A DNA stretch of 44,494 nt from an uncultured Candidatus Saccharibacteria bacterium (GCA_964347215.1 CAYFXS010000001.1:1-44494), one strand, 5' to 3'; shown: positions 9,765 through 18,684, numbered from the stretch's first letter. The notes: generated from the sequence alone by a model not told the origin. Translations and numbers: made by a program.

Positions 9765-10751
9765 CTATAAATTCTGGATGTGTCCATAAGCATCAGCTGA
9801 AGCGACTCGTCCGCGTGGAGTGCGCTCCAGTAGTCCTTGGCGGATTAGGTATGGCTCAATGACATCTTCAATAGTTGACTGCTCCTCACCAGTAGCGGCG
9901 GCGATAGTGTTTAGACCTACCGGACCACCGTTGAATTTGTTGATGATTACTTCCAATACAGCTCGGTCTGGTGAGCTTAGTCCTAATTTATCAATTTCCA
10001 ACAAATCAAAAGTACGTTCAACAATTTCTTGATCTAAACGCCCGTTTTCTAACTGAGCTAAGTCACGACAACGTTTTAAGAGGTAGTTAGCGGTTCGAGG
10101 GGTGGCTCGGCAGCGGGTGGCAATATCGTGCATGACGCTGTTGTCAGCTTCAACTTCCAATAATCCAGCTGATCGTTTGAGAATTTCAGCAATCTCATTC
10201 TCAGCATAAAATTCTAAACGGAAAGTTCCACCAGAGAAACGTGATCGTAGAGGGGAAGACAGAAGAGAAATGCGAGTGGTGGCTGCTACTAAAGTAAAGG
10301 GTGGTAATTCTAATTGTACGGTTCGGGCCGAAGGGCCTTTACCGATAATGATGTCCAAAACCCCAGATTCCATAGCGGGGTAGAGCACCTCTTCGATGCT
10401 TTTGCTTAGTCGGTGGATTTCATCAATGAAAAGTACGTCACCCGGAGAGAGGTTGGTAAGAATAGCTGCTAGGTCACCAACTCTTTCTATGGCTGGACCG
10501 CTGGTGGTGCGCATATTGGTACCGAGAGTTTTGGTAATGAGGTTAGCGAGAGTGGTTTTCCCTAATCCTGGAGGACCATATAACAAGATGTGTTCAGCTG
10601 CATGACCTCTTTCTCGAGCTGCTGTTAGGAGAATACGTAAGTTTTCTTTGGTTTTAGATTGGCCAATATATTCATCCCAGGTTTGAGGTCGTAGGGTCTG
10701 ATCAAGATTGCTAGCCCCATCACGGGTGAATTGGTTTTTGGTCTCTGACAT
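9765..10751 (-). CDS. ruvB: Holliday junction branch migration ATPase RuvB
   Basis: It has Walker A (GPPGLGKTTLA), Walker B (LFIDEIHRL), sensor regions and a winged-helix C-terminus. Confidence 0.95.
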   Translation of the reverse strand: MSETKNQFTRDGASNLDQTLRPQTWDEYIGQSKTKENLRILLTAARERGHAAEHILLYGPPGLGKTTLANLITKTLGTNMRTTSGPAIERVGDLAAILTNLSPGDVLFIDEIHRLSKSIEEVLYPAMESGVLDIIIGKGPSARTVQLELPPFTLVAATTRISLLSSPLRSRFSGGTFRLEFYAENEIAEILKRSAGLLEVEADNSVMHDIATRCRATPRTANYLLKRCRDLAQLENGRLDQEIVERTFDLLEIDKLGLSSPDRAVLEVIINKFNGGPVGLNTIAAATGEEQSTIEDVIEPYLIRQGLLERTPRGRVASADAYGHIQNL

Positions 10752-10855
10752 GAGTTTATTGTACTGGAAAAATAAATATATAGAACTTGTACTCAGTTGT
10801 TTTTTATCAGCCAGTTTATTTCCATCATAAATTATTTAAAAATGTAGGTTAGGGC

Positions 10856-10886
10856 TTGACAATTTTATAGACTGTGCTAGTATATT
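10856..10886 (+). promoter_or_regulatory. Orphan sigma70-like promoter pointing into a noncoding locus
   Basis: TTGACA at 10856-10861 is followed by a 16-nt spacer and an extended -10, tgcTAGTAT(ATT), at 10875-10886. No plus-strand protein gene lies downstream. Confidence 0.45.
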
Positions 10887-10941
10887 GTTAATTCGTTCCA
10901 CGGTCACTTGGTTGGCCACAGGTCTATTAATGAGAAATAAA

Positions 10942-10970
10942 TAAAAAAGCGTTCACAGAAACGCCGTTTT
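10942..10970. terminator. Short hairpin with T runs on both strands (the run is better placed on the minus strand)
   Basis: gcgtt (10948-10952) pairs with aacgc (10959-10963). An A6 run lies upstream and cgttttt lies downstream. Confidence 0.5.
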
Positions 10971-10981
10971 TATTTGTTTAG

Positions 10982-11129
10982 AGTTTGAGGGTATAACCCT
11001 CTAAACAACAAAAGGCTGCTACTACGAGGGTATTGTGGTACTCACCTCGAGTGAGAGCGCTGCACTATTGCTTAGTATAGTATCCACTTCGTCCGCGAAG
11101 TTTTGTTTAGAGGGTTATAGACTCAAACT
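10982..11129. repeat. 148-nt palindromic element with 27-nt arms and a 94-nt centre; candidate structured RNA or MITE-like element
   Basis: Positions 10992-11008 (tataaccctctaaacaa) are the exact reverse complement of 11103-11119. Positions 10982-10989 pair with 11122-11129, giving 25 of 27 positions paired. The centre contains further small hairpins (ctcac..gtgag at 11041-11055 and cttcg..cgaag at 11087-11100). Confidence 0.6.
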
Positions 11130-11233
11130 ACTCTTTTGGTCGCTTGTAACGAACGAAATTTGTTTCAAGTCCGACTATATCATATGCACTACAGAGCAAC
11201 ACTGTTCAAAAAAGTATTGCTGTGGTCTAGAAC

Positions 11234-11272
11234 AAAAAACACGGCAGACCTGAAAGGTCTGCCGTGTTTTTT
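11234..11272. terminator. Bidirectional intrinsic terminator after pilB
   Basis: aaaaaacacggcagacc (11234-11250) and ggtctgccgtgtttttt (11256-11272) are exact reverse complements. Confidence 0.8.
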
Positions 11273-11281
11273 GTTTCTTGA

Positions 11282-13003
11282 CTAAACAACATGAGAAAGG
11301 AAGTCATCATCCTGGGTTGTTTTGTTGTCTTTGTGGCGACTGTTGGTTAAGTCTACCACCCGTTCCAGTTCTTTAAGTGAGGTGGTTCCAGCTAAAACTT
11401 TTGTTATGCCATCTTCTGCCATAGTAGGAATGTTTTGTGCTTGCGCAGCCTCATGAATGATGTGTTCTCGTGGGTCGCTAATTACTGCTTCTTCAACCGT
11501 AGTATCGACTCTAACTGCTTCAAACACTGCCTGTCGACCTTTGTAGCCAGTGTGATTACATTGTTCACAACCACCTGCTTCATAAATCATTAAAGATTCA
11601 GGTAGTTGTGGTTTGTCAGGATGTTGGTTGGCAATTTCTTTGATAAGTTCTAATTCTTGTGGGGTGGGTTGATGAGCGGTTTTACAATGATCACACAAAA
11701 CTCTCACCAGGCGCTGACCAATGATTACATTAACTGCTGAACCCATTACTCGATTATCAACCCCTAGATCCATTAAGCGAGGGAAGGCACCAACAGCACT
11801 GTTGGTATGTAGGGTTGAGAATACTAGGTGACCAGTTTGTGCGGCGTGTACTGCTGTTTCAGCCACTTCACGATCTCGAATCTCACCAACCATAATTACA
11901 TCTGGATCTTGTCGTAGTACCGCCCGTAAGCCAGAAGAGAAGGTGTAGTCTTTGTCTACTTGAGTTTGGACAATCCCATCTAGTTTGTATTCCACCGGGT
12001 TCTCGATAGTGATGATTTTTTTACCAGGTTCATGCACTTGTTGTAGAAAAGCGTAGAGGGCAGTGGTTTTACCAGAGCCGGTTGGGCCGGTGGTCACAAT
12101 CAGTCCATTTGGTCTTTTCAATTCTTCTTGCATGACTGCGAATATGTGTTTATTCATCCCTAATTTCTCTAATTGGAATCCAGCCACAGACGGATCTAAA
12201 AGACGCATCACCATGGATTCACCAGCTGAACCAGGGATTACAGAAGAGCGAACTTCAATATCGGTGTCACCAACAGTGAAGGTAAAACGTCCGTCCTGAG
12301 CTTCGTTTTTAATATTTAAAATCATCCCAGATAGTAGCTTGAGACGTGATAGTAGTCGTTCGTAAATGTGTTTATCAAGATCGATGATGTCACGCAGAAC
12401 ACCATCTAATCTGTAGCGCAATCTAATACCAGATTCTTCTGGTTCAATATGAACATCAGAAGCATCTAAAGCTAGAGCGCCGGCGAACGTGGCCTCCATA
12501 GTTTCAGAGATGCGTCGAGGGCCGTTCATGGTTCTGATGTTTAGAATATAGTCTGACACCGCCTCAGGAGTTTTCAGTTTTTGCATTTGTAAGGCGATGT
12601 TGTCAGTGTTGATGTCGAACACTCCATGCTTAACAGCTTCAGTGTTTTTGCTGTCAGCGTAACGACTCCAAGCATGCTCCAGGCCGGTGCTTGAAGCCAT
12701 GAATATATTTACGGTGTACCCGTCATCTTCTAGTTGTTGCAATAAATCTTTTGTTTTTGGGTTGTTGGGGTTGCGAATGGCAAGTGAGAGTTTTTTGCGA
12801 GCGATTTCAAAACCGGCCACTTTCGCTTCGCGAGCCACTTCTTCTGTAATGGTGCGTAGGGCGGTGGGGTTGATTGAGGCGCCGCGGAGATTGATGAATT
12901 CGTAGCCGTATTGAGCGGCTAGATTTTTAATTAAATCTTCTTCTTCTTTACGGCGAAGTTCCGCCATCTTCTCATTACTAAAAGTGTCATCGAACTGAAC
13001 CAT
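11282..13003 (-). CDS. pilB: Type IV pilus / type II secretion assembly ATPase (PilB/GspE family)
   Basis: It has an N-terminal GSPII_E_N-like domain, Walker A (GPTGSGKTT), Walker B/Asp box (VIMVGEIRD), a His box (GHLVFSTLHTN) and a tetracysteine motif (CDHCK...CEQCNHTGYKGR). Confidence 0.88.
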   Translation of the reverse strand: MVQFDDTFSNEKMAELRRKEEEDLIKNLAAQYGYEFINLRGASINPTALRTITEEVAREAKVAGFEIARKKLSLAIRNPNNPKTKDLLQQLEDDGYTVNIFMASSTGLEHAWSRYADSKNTEAVKHGVFDINTDNIALQMQKLKTPEAVSDYILNIRTMNGPRRISETMEATFAGALALDASDVHIEPEESGIRLRYRLDGVLRDIIDLDKHIYERLLSRLKLLSGMILNIKNEAQDGRFTFTVGDTDIEVRSSVIPGSAGESMVMRLLDPSVAGFQLEKLGMNKHIFAVMQEELKRPNGLIVTTGPTGSGKTTALYAFLQQVHEPGKKIITIENPVEYKLDGIVQTQVDKDYTFSSGLRAVLRQDPDVIMVGEIRDREVAETAVHAAQTGHLVFSTLHTNSAVGAFPRLMDLGVDNRVMGSAVNVIIGQRLVRVLCDHCKTAHQPTPQELELIKEIANQHPDKPQLPESLMIYEAGGCEQCNHTGYKGRQAVFEAVRVDTTVEEAVISDPREHIIHEAAQAQNIPTMAEDGITKVLAGTTSLKELERVVDLTNSRHKDNKTTQDDDFLSHVV

Positions 13004-13149
13004 GTTGACCTAATTGTAGCAGGTGAAAGCGGGAAAAAGCGAAGCTTTTTCCCGCTTTCATAAAACTCACCCCAATTCACCATCTATTTACAAATAAAAT
13101 ATATATTGTATTATTATAAAAAAGTAATTAGTCACGAAAGGGGACTAAA

Positions 13150-13614
13150 ATGTTCAAAAAAACAATGAGGCCTGTAATAGCTGCATTCACACTCGTGCTT
13201 GCAGCTTGTACCAGTGGTGAGACTTGGCAGGAAGCTCAAGCTTCAGCAGCTGCGAAGTTGAAAGCTCATCGTGAGGCAGCTGCGAAGGTGGATGTCATCA
13301 CCGTTAGTGTGAATCAGCTCAGTAAAGAAGGAGTGTCACTGTCGGTGAGGAAAGGGTGGGCTTGTTTCAGGCATACTTATATCGACGGAAAGGTGTACCG
13401 ACTGTGTACACCTGAGGTTAAATGGCTTAGTCCAAATAAGCCGGACTTCTTCCAGTTTTCCAGTCCGGATGACAGCCGTCTGATGACGTCACTATTTGAT
13501 GCTTATCCTCATGGCCCCTGGAGCTATGGCGGGTATGACCGGCGAGATTGTTTCCATCGCCATGGTGGCTACGGTCACAATCATCGGCATGGATGTCAGC
13601 CACATGGTCATTAA
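13150..13614 (+). CDS. Hypothetical lipoprotein with a His-rich C-terminus
   Basis: It has a signal peptide with a lipobox (FTLVLAAC) and the C-terminus HRHGGYGHNHRHGCQPHGH. A terminator follows. Confidence 0.65.
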   Translation: MFKKTMRPVIAAFTLVLAACTSGETWQEAQASAAAKLKAHREAAAKVDVITVSVNQLSKEGVSLSVRKGWACFRHTYIDGKVYRLCTPEVKWLSPNKPDFFQFSSPDDSRLMTSLFDAYPHGPWSYGGYDRRDCFHRHGGYGHNHRHGCQPHGH

Positions 13615-13625
13615 AAATTATAAGG

Positions 13626-13651
13626 AAGGGCGACTGCGGTCGCCCTTTTTT
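13626..13651 (+). terminator. Intrinsic terminator
   Basis: gggcgac (13628-13634) pairs with gtcgccc (13639-13645) and is followed by a T6 run. Confidence 0.7.
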
Positions 13652-13697
13652 GCTGTCTTAGTATATTTATTGATCAGTGCTACAATGCCTTTTAATT

Positions 13698-14141
13698 ATG
13701 CGGTGGGAAGTAAATGATGTGACAGAATTGTCAGTAGTGGCCAAGGTTGTTTTAGATGAGATTAAAAAAGTGGACGGCGGCGCAGCCGCCGTCCTGGCTC
13801 TGCATGGTGATTTGGGGTCTGGTAAGACAACTTTTATGCAAACTCTAGCCAAAGAGTTGGGGGTTACTGAAGCTGTAACTAGCCCAACATTTGTGGTGAT
13901 GAAAAATTACACGTTACTGGATCAGCATTGGGTCAACTTAGTGCATATCGATGCTTATCGAATTGAAGAAGTTGACGAAATGCGACCATTGCGGTTCGCT
14001 GATCTTTTGTCTGAAAAAGATACTATTATATGTATTGAGTGGGCAGAAAAGATTACTGAACTTCTACCTGCTAATACTTTGCACTTGTCATTTACCATTG
14101 AAGGAGGGGGACGTAGAATTGAATTAACTAGTAATGCCTAA
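13698..14141 (+). CDS. tsaE: tRNA t6A37 biosynthesis ATPase TsaE (start uncertain: 13677 GTG, 13698 ATG or 13719 GTG)
   Basis: It has a P-loop (GDLGSGKTTF), the SPTF motif and HIDAYR. It overlaps polA by 8 nt. Confidence 0.8.
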   Translation: MRWEVNDVTELSVVAKVVLDEIKKVDGGAAAVLALHGDLGSGKTTFMQTLAKELGVTEAVTSPTFVVMKNYTLLDQHWVNLVHIDAYRIEEVDEMRPLRFADLLSEKDTIICIEWAEKITELLPANTLHLSFTIEGGGRRIELTSNA

Positions 14142-16527
14142 AAAATCTGACAAAAAAACTTTAGTTCTGCTCGATGCACACGCTATTTTGCATCGAGCGT
14201 ATCACGCGCTGCCAGACTTTGCGTCACCAAGTGGTGAGCCAACTGGGGCTCTTTATGGTGTGGTAGCCATGTTGCTTTCGATTGTGGAGCAGCTGAAGCC
14301 TGACTATGTAGTGGCCTGCTACGATTTACCAGAGCCAACCTATCGTCACGAAGCGTACAAAGATTACAAAGCTGGCCGGTCAAAAACTGATGATGATTTA
14401 GTTAAACAGATTGAACGTTCACGTGATATTTTCGACGTGTTTGGTATTCGTATTTTTGAACAAGCTGGTTTTGAAGCCGATGATCTTTTAGGGACAATCG
14501 CTCATCAACTTAAAGATAATAAGGATTTAAACGTCATTATTGCTTCAGGCGATATGGATACATTGCAGTGTGTCGATAAGAAGAGAGTGCAGGTCTATAC
14601 CTTACGGAAGGGAATTAAAGATACTATCATGTATGACGAAGCAGCTGTGAAGGAGCGGTTTGGTTTTGGTCCTAAGCTGGTACCTGACTATAAAGGTTTG
14701 CGTGGTGATCCGTCAGACAATATTCCAGGAGTGGCTGGCATTGGTGAAAAAACAGCAACTACTCTAATTACTAACTTTGGCTCAATTGAAAATATTTATA
14801 AAAAACTAAAGAAATCAGAAGAGCTCTTCTTGGAAGCTGGATTGAAGCCTCGTATTTTAAATATTCTGCGTGAAAATGAAGAAGAAGCAGTTTTTTCAAA
14901 AATGTTGGCTACCATTCGGGTGGATGCACCAGTGGTTTATGAAGCTCCAGATAAAACTTGGCGGGAAAAGTTGGATAGTGATGCGATCTTGAATCTTTTC
15001 TCAGAGCTCGGCTTTCGTACTTTGGCTACTCGGGTGAAAAATGTGTTAGACATGGAGGCGGCTATGTCTATGGATCAGGCTAGTAGCGGAGCTACTGATG
15101 AAGAAGTGCAGGAAGCAGCTATTTTACTGTGGTTATTAGAGAGTGATCGCACCAATGCCAGTTTTGATGACGTGGTTGATTATGGTCGTTCTTATTTTGG
15201 TCTGGCTGACTTTAAAGAAATTTTAGATAAGTTAAGAGATGAGGCTAAGCGTAAAGAGGTCTATAACGTTTATGAAAATATTGAGCAGCCATTGATGACT
15301 GTTCTGCGTGAGGTAAATGAAACAGGAGTAATTCTTGATAAAGCTTATCTTAAAAAACTATCCATTAAACTCCATAAAGAATTAAGCGGCCTAGAGGAAA
15401 CTATCTGGGGTGAGGCAGGAGAAGAATTTAATATCAATTCACCAAAACAGATGGGGGAGGTGCTTTACGATAAGTTGGAGCTAAAGCCAAAAAACCAAAA
15501 AAAGACCGCCACTGGTCAGCGGTCAACACGTGAGTCTGAGCTGGAGAAGATGAAAGATGATCATCCAATCATTCCAGCGATTTTGCGTTATCGGGAGCTG
15601 CAAAAATTACTCTCCACATACATCGACAACTTGCCAGATATGGTTGATAAAGATGGGCGTTTGCGCACCACTTTTATCCAAACTGGTGCAGCGACAGGGC
15701 GGATGGCTAGTCAAAATCCAAACTTACAAAACATCCCTATTAGGAGTGAAGAGGGGAGAGCGGTGCGCGGTGGTTTTGTTGCAGCAGAAGGTAATGTGCT
15801 GGTAGCTATTGATTATTCACAAATTGAATTACGTATAGCAGCTATTCTTTCAGATGATAAAGGATTAATTGAAATTTTTAAGAATGGTGAGGATGTTCAT
15901 GCTGGAGTAGCTTCGCGTGTTTTCAATGTTCCAGCTGAAGAAGTGACTGGTAATATGCGTCGCCATGCTAAGGTCATCAATTTCGGTATTCTTTACGGCA
16001 TGGGGGTTAATGCTTTGCGGGCTAACTTGGGTGAAGAAGCGACTCGTGAAGAAGCTCAGGAATTTTTAAATGCTTACTTTAACACTTTCACCCGCTTGGC
16101 TGAGTATTTAGAGGAAACTAAAGAATACGCTCGGCAGCATGGCTACACTGAAACCATGTTTGGCCGACGACGGCAGTTCCCAGGTATCAGTTCCGGAGCT
16201 CCGTTTATCAGAGCAGCTGCTGAACGTATGGCTATCAATGCACCAGTGCAGGGAACTGCAGCTGACATCATGCGGATCGCTATGATTGATGTGCAAAATT
16301 ACATCAAAGAAAATAAGTTAGAAAAAGATGTGAAGATGCTTTTACAGGTACATGACGAATTGGTGTTTGAAATTAATGAGAAGAAAGTAGATGAAGTGGT
16401 ACCAGAAATTGAAAAGATTATGGAAGATGTACTGACTGTGCGTAAGCAGGATGATAAAGGGGTGCCAATACTGGCTGAGGTTAAGATTGGGAAAGACTGG
16501 TTAAATCTTAAAGACTGGAATAAATAA
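14134..16527 (+). CDS. polA: DNA polymerase I (5'-3' exonuclease plus family A polymerase domain, compact 797 aa)
   Basis: The N-terminal FEN/5'-nuclease motifs are LLDAHAILHRAY and GDPSDNIPGVAGIGEKTA. The Pol A motifs are DYSQIELR, RRHAKVINFGILYG and QVHDELVFE. Confidence 0.93.
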   Translation: MPKKSDKKTLVLLDAHAILHRAYHALPDFASPSGEPTGALYGVVAMLLSIVEQLKPDYVVACYDLPEPTYRHEAYKDYKAGRSKTDDDLVKQIERSRDIFDVFGIRIFEQAGFEADDLLGTIAHQLKDNKDLNVIIASGDMDTLQCVDKKRVQVYTLRKGIKDTIMYDEAAVKERFGFGPKLVPDYKGLRGDPSDNIPGVAGIGEKTATTLITNFGSIENIYKKLKKSEELFLEAGLKPRILNILRENEEEAVFSKMLATIRVDAPVVYEAPDKTWREKLDSDAILNLFSELGFRTLATRVKNVLDMEAAMSMDQASSGATDEEVQEAAILLWLLESDRTNASFDDVVDYGRSYFGLADFKEILDKLRDEAKRKEVYNVYENIEQPLMTVLREVNETGVILDKAYLKKLSIKLHKELSGLEETIWGEAGEEFNINSPKQMGEVLYDKLELKPKNQKKTATGQRSTRESELEKMKDDHPIIPAILRYRELQKLLSTYIDNLPDMVDKDGRLRTTFIQTGAATGRMASQNPNLQNIPIRSEEGRAVRGGFVAAEGNVLVAIDYSQIELRIAAILSDDKGLIEIFKNGEDVHAGVASRVFNVPAEEVTGNMRRHAKVINFGILYGMGVNALRANLGEEATREEAQEFLNAYFNTFTRLAEYLEETKEYARQHGYTETMFGRRRQFPGISSGAPFIRAAAERMAINAPVQGTAADIMRIAMIDVQNYIKENKLEKDVKMLLQVHDELVFEINEKKVDEVVPEIEKIMEDVLTVRKQDDKGVPILAEVKIGKDWLNLKDWNK

Positions 16528-16528
16528 A

Positions 16529-17230
16529 ATGTTGAAAGTATTTTGTGGGAACGACACAGTAAAAGTGCGACAGGAAGCCTTTGCTTTAGTGAGTGATCTA
16601 GAGGTTAAAGGTGTGACAGCCACTTTGATTGATAGCGATAGTTACACCGAAGGAATTTTAAATGATGCGGTCGGCGCCGCTTCACTTTTTGGCGGAGAAG
16701 AACTTTATGTAATTGATACTCCAAGCAGCAATAAAGATTTTGAAGAAGAGGTAAAAACTAATCTGGAAGCTCTTAGTGAGTCAGGTAATACATTCGTGCT
16801 GATCGAAGATGTTTTGTTGGCGGCACCGAAAAAACAGTATGCAAAATACGCTGATAGTTTAGAGGAGTTCAAGGGAGAGAGAGCGGATCGGTTTAATGTC
16901 TTCACAATGGCTGATGCGCTTTCGCGTAAAGACAAGAAAACTCTCTGGCTCTTACTGCAAGAAGCCAAAGCGGATGGTCTGTCCGAAGAGGAAATCATTG
17001 GTACTCTGTGGTGGCAAATGAAAACTTTACGTTTAGCTTCAATGACAAAATCTGCTGGTGAAGCCGGGATGAAAGATTTTCCGTACAACAAAGCTAAGCG
17101 CTCATTGAGTACTTTTAAAGTAGGGGAGTTGGAGAAAATATCCCGTAATTTGCTGTCGGTTTATCACGACGGTCATGCTGGTGAGAGAGATATAGACTTG
17201 TCATTAGAAGAGTGGGTACTTACGCTATAA
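16529..17230 (+). CDS. holA: DNA polymerase III delta subunit-like protein (short)
   Basis: It is 233 aa and lies 1 nt after polA. It has a HolA-like N-terminal fold pattern (LFGGEELYVI...) and a helical C-terminal half (KKTLWLLLQEAKADGLSEEEIIGTLWWQMKTLRL). The assignment rests on pattern only. Confidence 0.5.
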   Translation: MLKVFCGNDTVKVRQEAFALVSDLEVKGVTATLIDSDSYTEGILNDAVGAASLFGGEELYVIDTPSSNKDFEEEVKTNLEALSESGNTFVLIEDVLLAAPKKQYAKYADSLEEFKGERADRFNVFTMADALSRKDKKTLWLLLQEAKADGLSEEEIIGTLWWQMKTLRLASMTKSAGEAGMKDFPYNKAKRSLSTFKVGELEKISRNLLSVYHDGHAGERDIDLSLEEWVLTL

Positions 17231-17237
17231 TATTTTA

Positions 17238-17945
17238 ATGAATAAAAAGCTGTCAGCTGCCTTTGTTGATCCAAAATCCAATCATTACTTTCTGGTTAGT
17301 GATGTATTAGCCTTTTTCACTATCTTGTCTATCTTTGGTTTGGTGTTAGAAACTGTACCTGCCTTAGAGAGATTTAGTTTTTGGTTTAGCTTGGTTGAGT
17401 GGGTGGCGGTTGCAGTGTTCAGTATTGAGTATGGGGTTCGTATTCTGGCTACTAAGCCTTGGTATAAATACAGTTTTAGTTTCTTTGGATTGGTTGATTT
17501 GATTTCAATCCTGCCGACCTTCTTTGGGGTGGGTAACCTAACTTTTTTGAAGTCGGCCCGTATTGTACGCTTGGTACGTTTTTTGCGTTTGATTCGCTTG
17601 GCTAAGTTGTCGCGTTTAAATACTGGGGAGGTGGAACATTCTTCAGGTGTGATTGGTTTAAACGTAGCTATTTATTTTGTCTTTCTGTTGGCGGCTTTAA
17701 TTACTTTTGGTACAGCTTTTTACATCGTGGAAACCACAGTTGAGGCTTTTGTTAGCATCCCAGCGGCAATGTGGTGGTCGTTTAAAGTTTTTCTGGGGAG
17801 TTTGCCAGTAGAGGCTCCGCTTTCGGCTGTCGGGGCTGTTCTCTATGTGATGGCTAGGTTTGTTGGCTTAATCCTGCTCGGTGTACTGGTTGGTGTTACG
17901 GGAAATATTTTCCGTAGTTTATTGCTTACCTCATCATCAAAATAG
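17238..17945 (+). CDS. Voltage-gated ion channel superfamily protein (6 TM, S4-like Arg repeat) with a non-canonical pore loop
   Basis: The S4-like segment is RIVRLVRFLRLIRLAKLSRL. The pore-helix-like SIPAAMWWSFKVFLGSLPVEAP sits where K+ channels have TVGYG. Confidence 0.65.
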   Translation: MNKKLSAAFVDPKSNHYFLVSDVLAFFTILSIFGLVLETVPALERFSFWFSLVEWVAVAVFSIEYGVRILATKPWYKYSFSFFGLVDLISILPTFFGVGNLTFLKSARIVRLVRFLRLIRLAKLSRLNTGEVEHSSGVIGLNVAIYFVFLLAALITFGTAFYIVETTVEAFVSIPAAMWWSFKVFLGSLPVEAPLSAVGAVLYVMARFVGLILLGVLVGVTGNIFRSLLLTSSSK

Positions 17946-18609
17946 TGGCCAAACGTCCATGGGGTTTCTTGCCGTCTCGAGTGCTTTCATAATGTGAAAA
18001 ATGTTCAGGTGAAACAAAAGTATCTACTTTGCTGGCTGTAATATTTTTACTTAATACACCCGCAGTAATGAGTTGCCGGTTGTGGGCGGTTAGTAGATCA
18101 ATATGTACTTGATTATTGGCTTCATTCACAAATGGAGTCATGAGAGGTTTGATGTACTTCAGTGGAGCAGTGAAAGAGTATGACTCTTTTTTTATGTGAG
18201 GACCGATGAAAATTTTAAGGTGACTTGGATTGGTGTTGAATTTCTGTCGCAAAAAACCAATGGTTTTTTGCGGTAGCCCATTAGCAATCGTCTCACGACT
18301 AAAGTGTGCTAGTGCAATGGTTTTGGTGATGGGGTCATAAAAACCGGTTGGTAGGCAGTCAGCGGTAAGTAGCATTAGCGCCAGTCCTTTTTCTTGGGTA
18401 ATTAAGACTTCTGCCTCAGGCATATCTAATGATGGTTCAGAAACAATTTTGATTTTCTCGCCATGAGTACAACGCATGCAGATGAAATTATTATCCTTAA
18501 CAAAATTTTTACGGTTGTGCAGTACTTCATTATTCTCATCAAAACGAAGCGACATATTACCGTCGGAGATAGAGGAAGTTTTAAAAATTAACTCTGGAGA
18601 AATTGTCAT
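17926..18609 (-). CDS. pgeF: YfiH/PgeF (DUF152, laccase-domain) family protein
   Basis: It shows the family pattern LTADCLP...IALAHFSRETI...H. It overlaps the convergent channel gene by 20 nt. Confidence 0.7.
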   Translation of the reverse strand: MTISPELIFKTSSISDGNMSLRFDENNEVLHNRKNFVKDNNFICMRCTHGEKIKIVSEPSLDMPEAEVLITQEKGLALMLLTADCLPTGFYDPITKTIALAHFSRETIANGLPQKTIGFLRQKFNTNPSHLKIFIGPHIKKESYSFTAPLKYIKPLMTPFVNEANNQVHIDLLTAHNRQLITAGVLSKNITASKVDTFVSPEHFSHYESTRDGKKPHGRLATILMMR

Positions 18610-18684
18610 CAGTCTAGTTTAGCAAAATGTAGATTTTTTTATCGATTATGTTATAGTTTTGGCCACTCGGACAGAATCCACTGT

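Noticed and set aside
10976-11133. The sequence gtttagag...ctctaaac and its second copy look superficially like CRISPR repeat or tracrRNA (GTTTTAGAG-type) material.
   Set aside because: There are only two copies, they are in inverted rather than direct orientation, there is no regular spacer array, and no cas gene lies in the window. The sequence is better described as the arms of a single palindromic element.
11035-11253. A 72-aa plus-strand ORF inside the noncoding locus.
   Set aside because: It starts inside the hairpin centre, crosses the right repeat arm and the terminator, has no ribosome-binding site, and has a Cys/Ser/Leu-biased sequence with no recognisable feature.
10752-11281. I tried to assign the noncoding locus to tmRNA, RNase P RNA or SRP RNA.
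   Set aside because: By eye there is no tRNA-like 3' end (GGTTCGA..CCA) and no plausible tag ORF. The only GAAAGTCC-like string (caagtccgac at 11166-11175) is near the wrong end for RNase P CR-I and has no P4 partner. No GGAA-tetraloop/AGCAGCC SRP domain IV is present. The identity is left open and needs a covariance-model search.
13496-13852. ORFs 13496-13717 (plus strand) and 13667-13852 (minus strand) around the lipoprotein/tsaE junction.
   Set aside because: They overlap the lipoprotein gene tail, its terminator and the tsaE P-loop region. They have no independent support.
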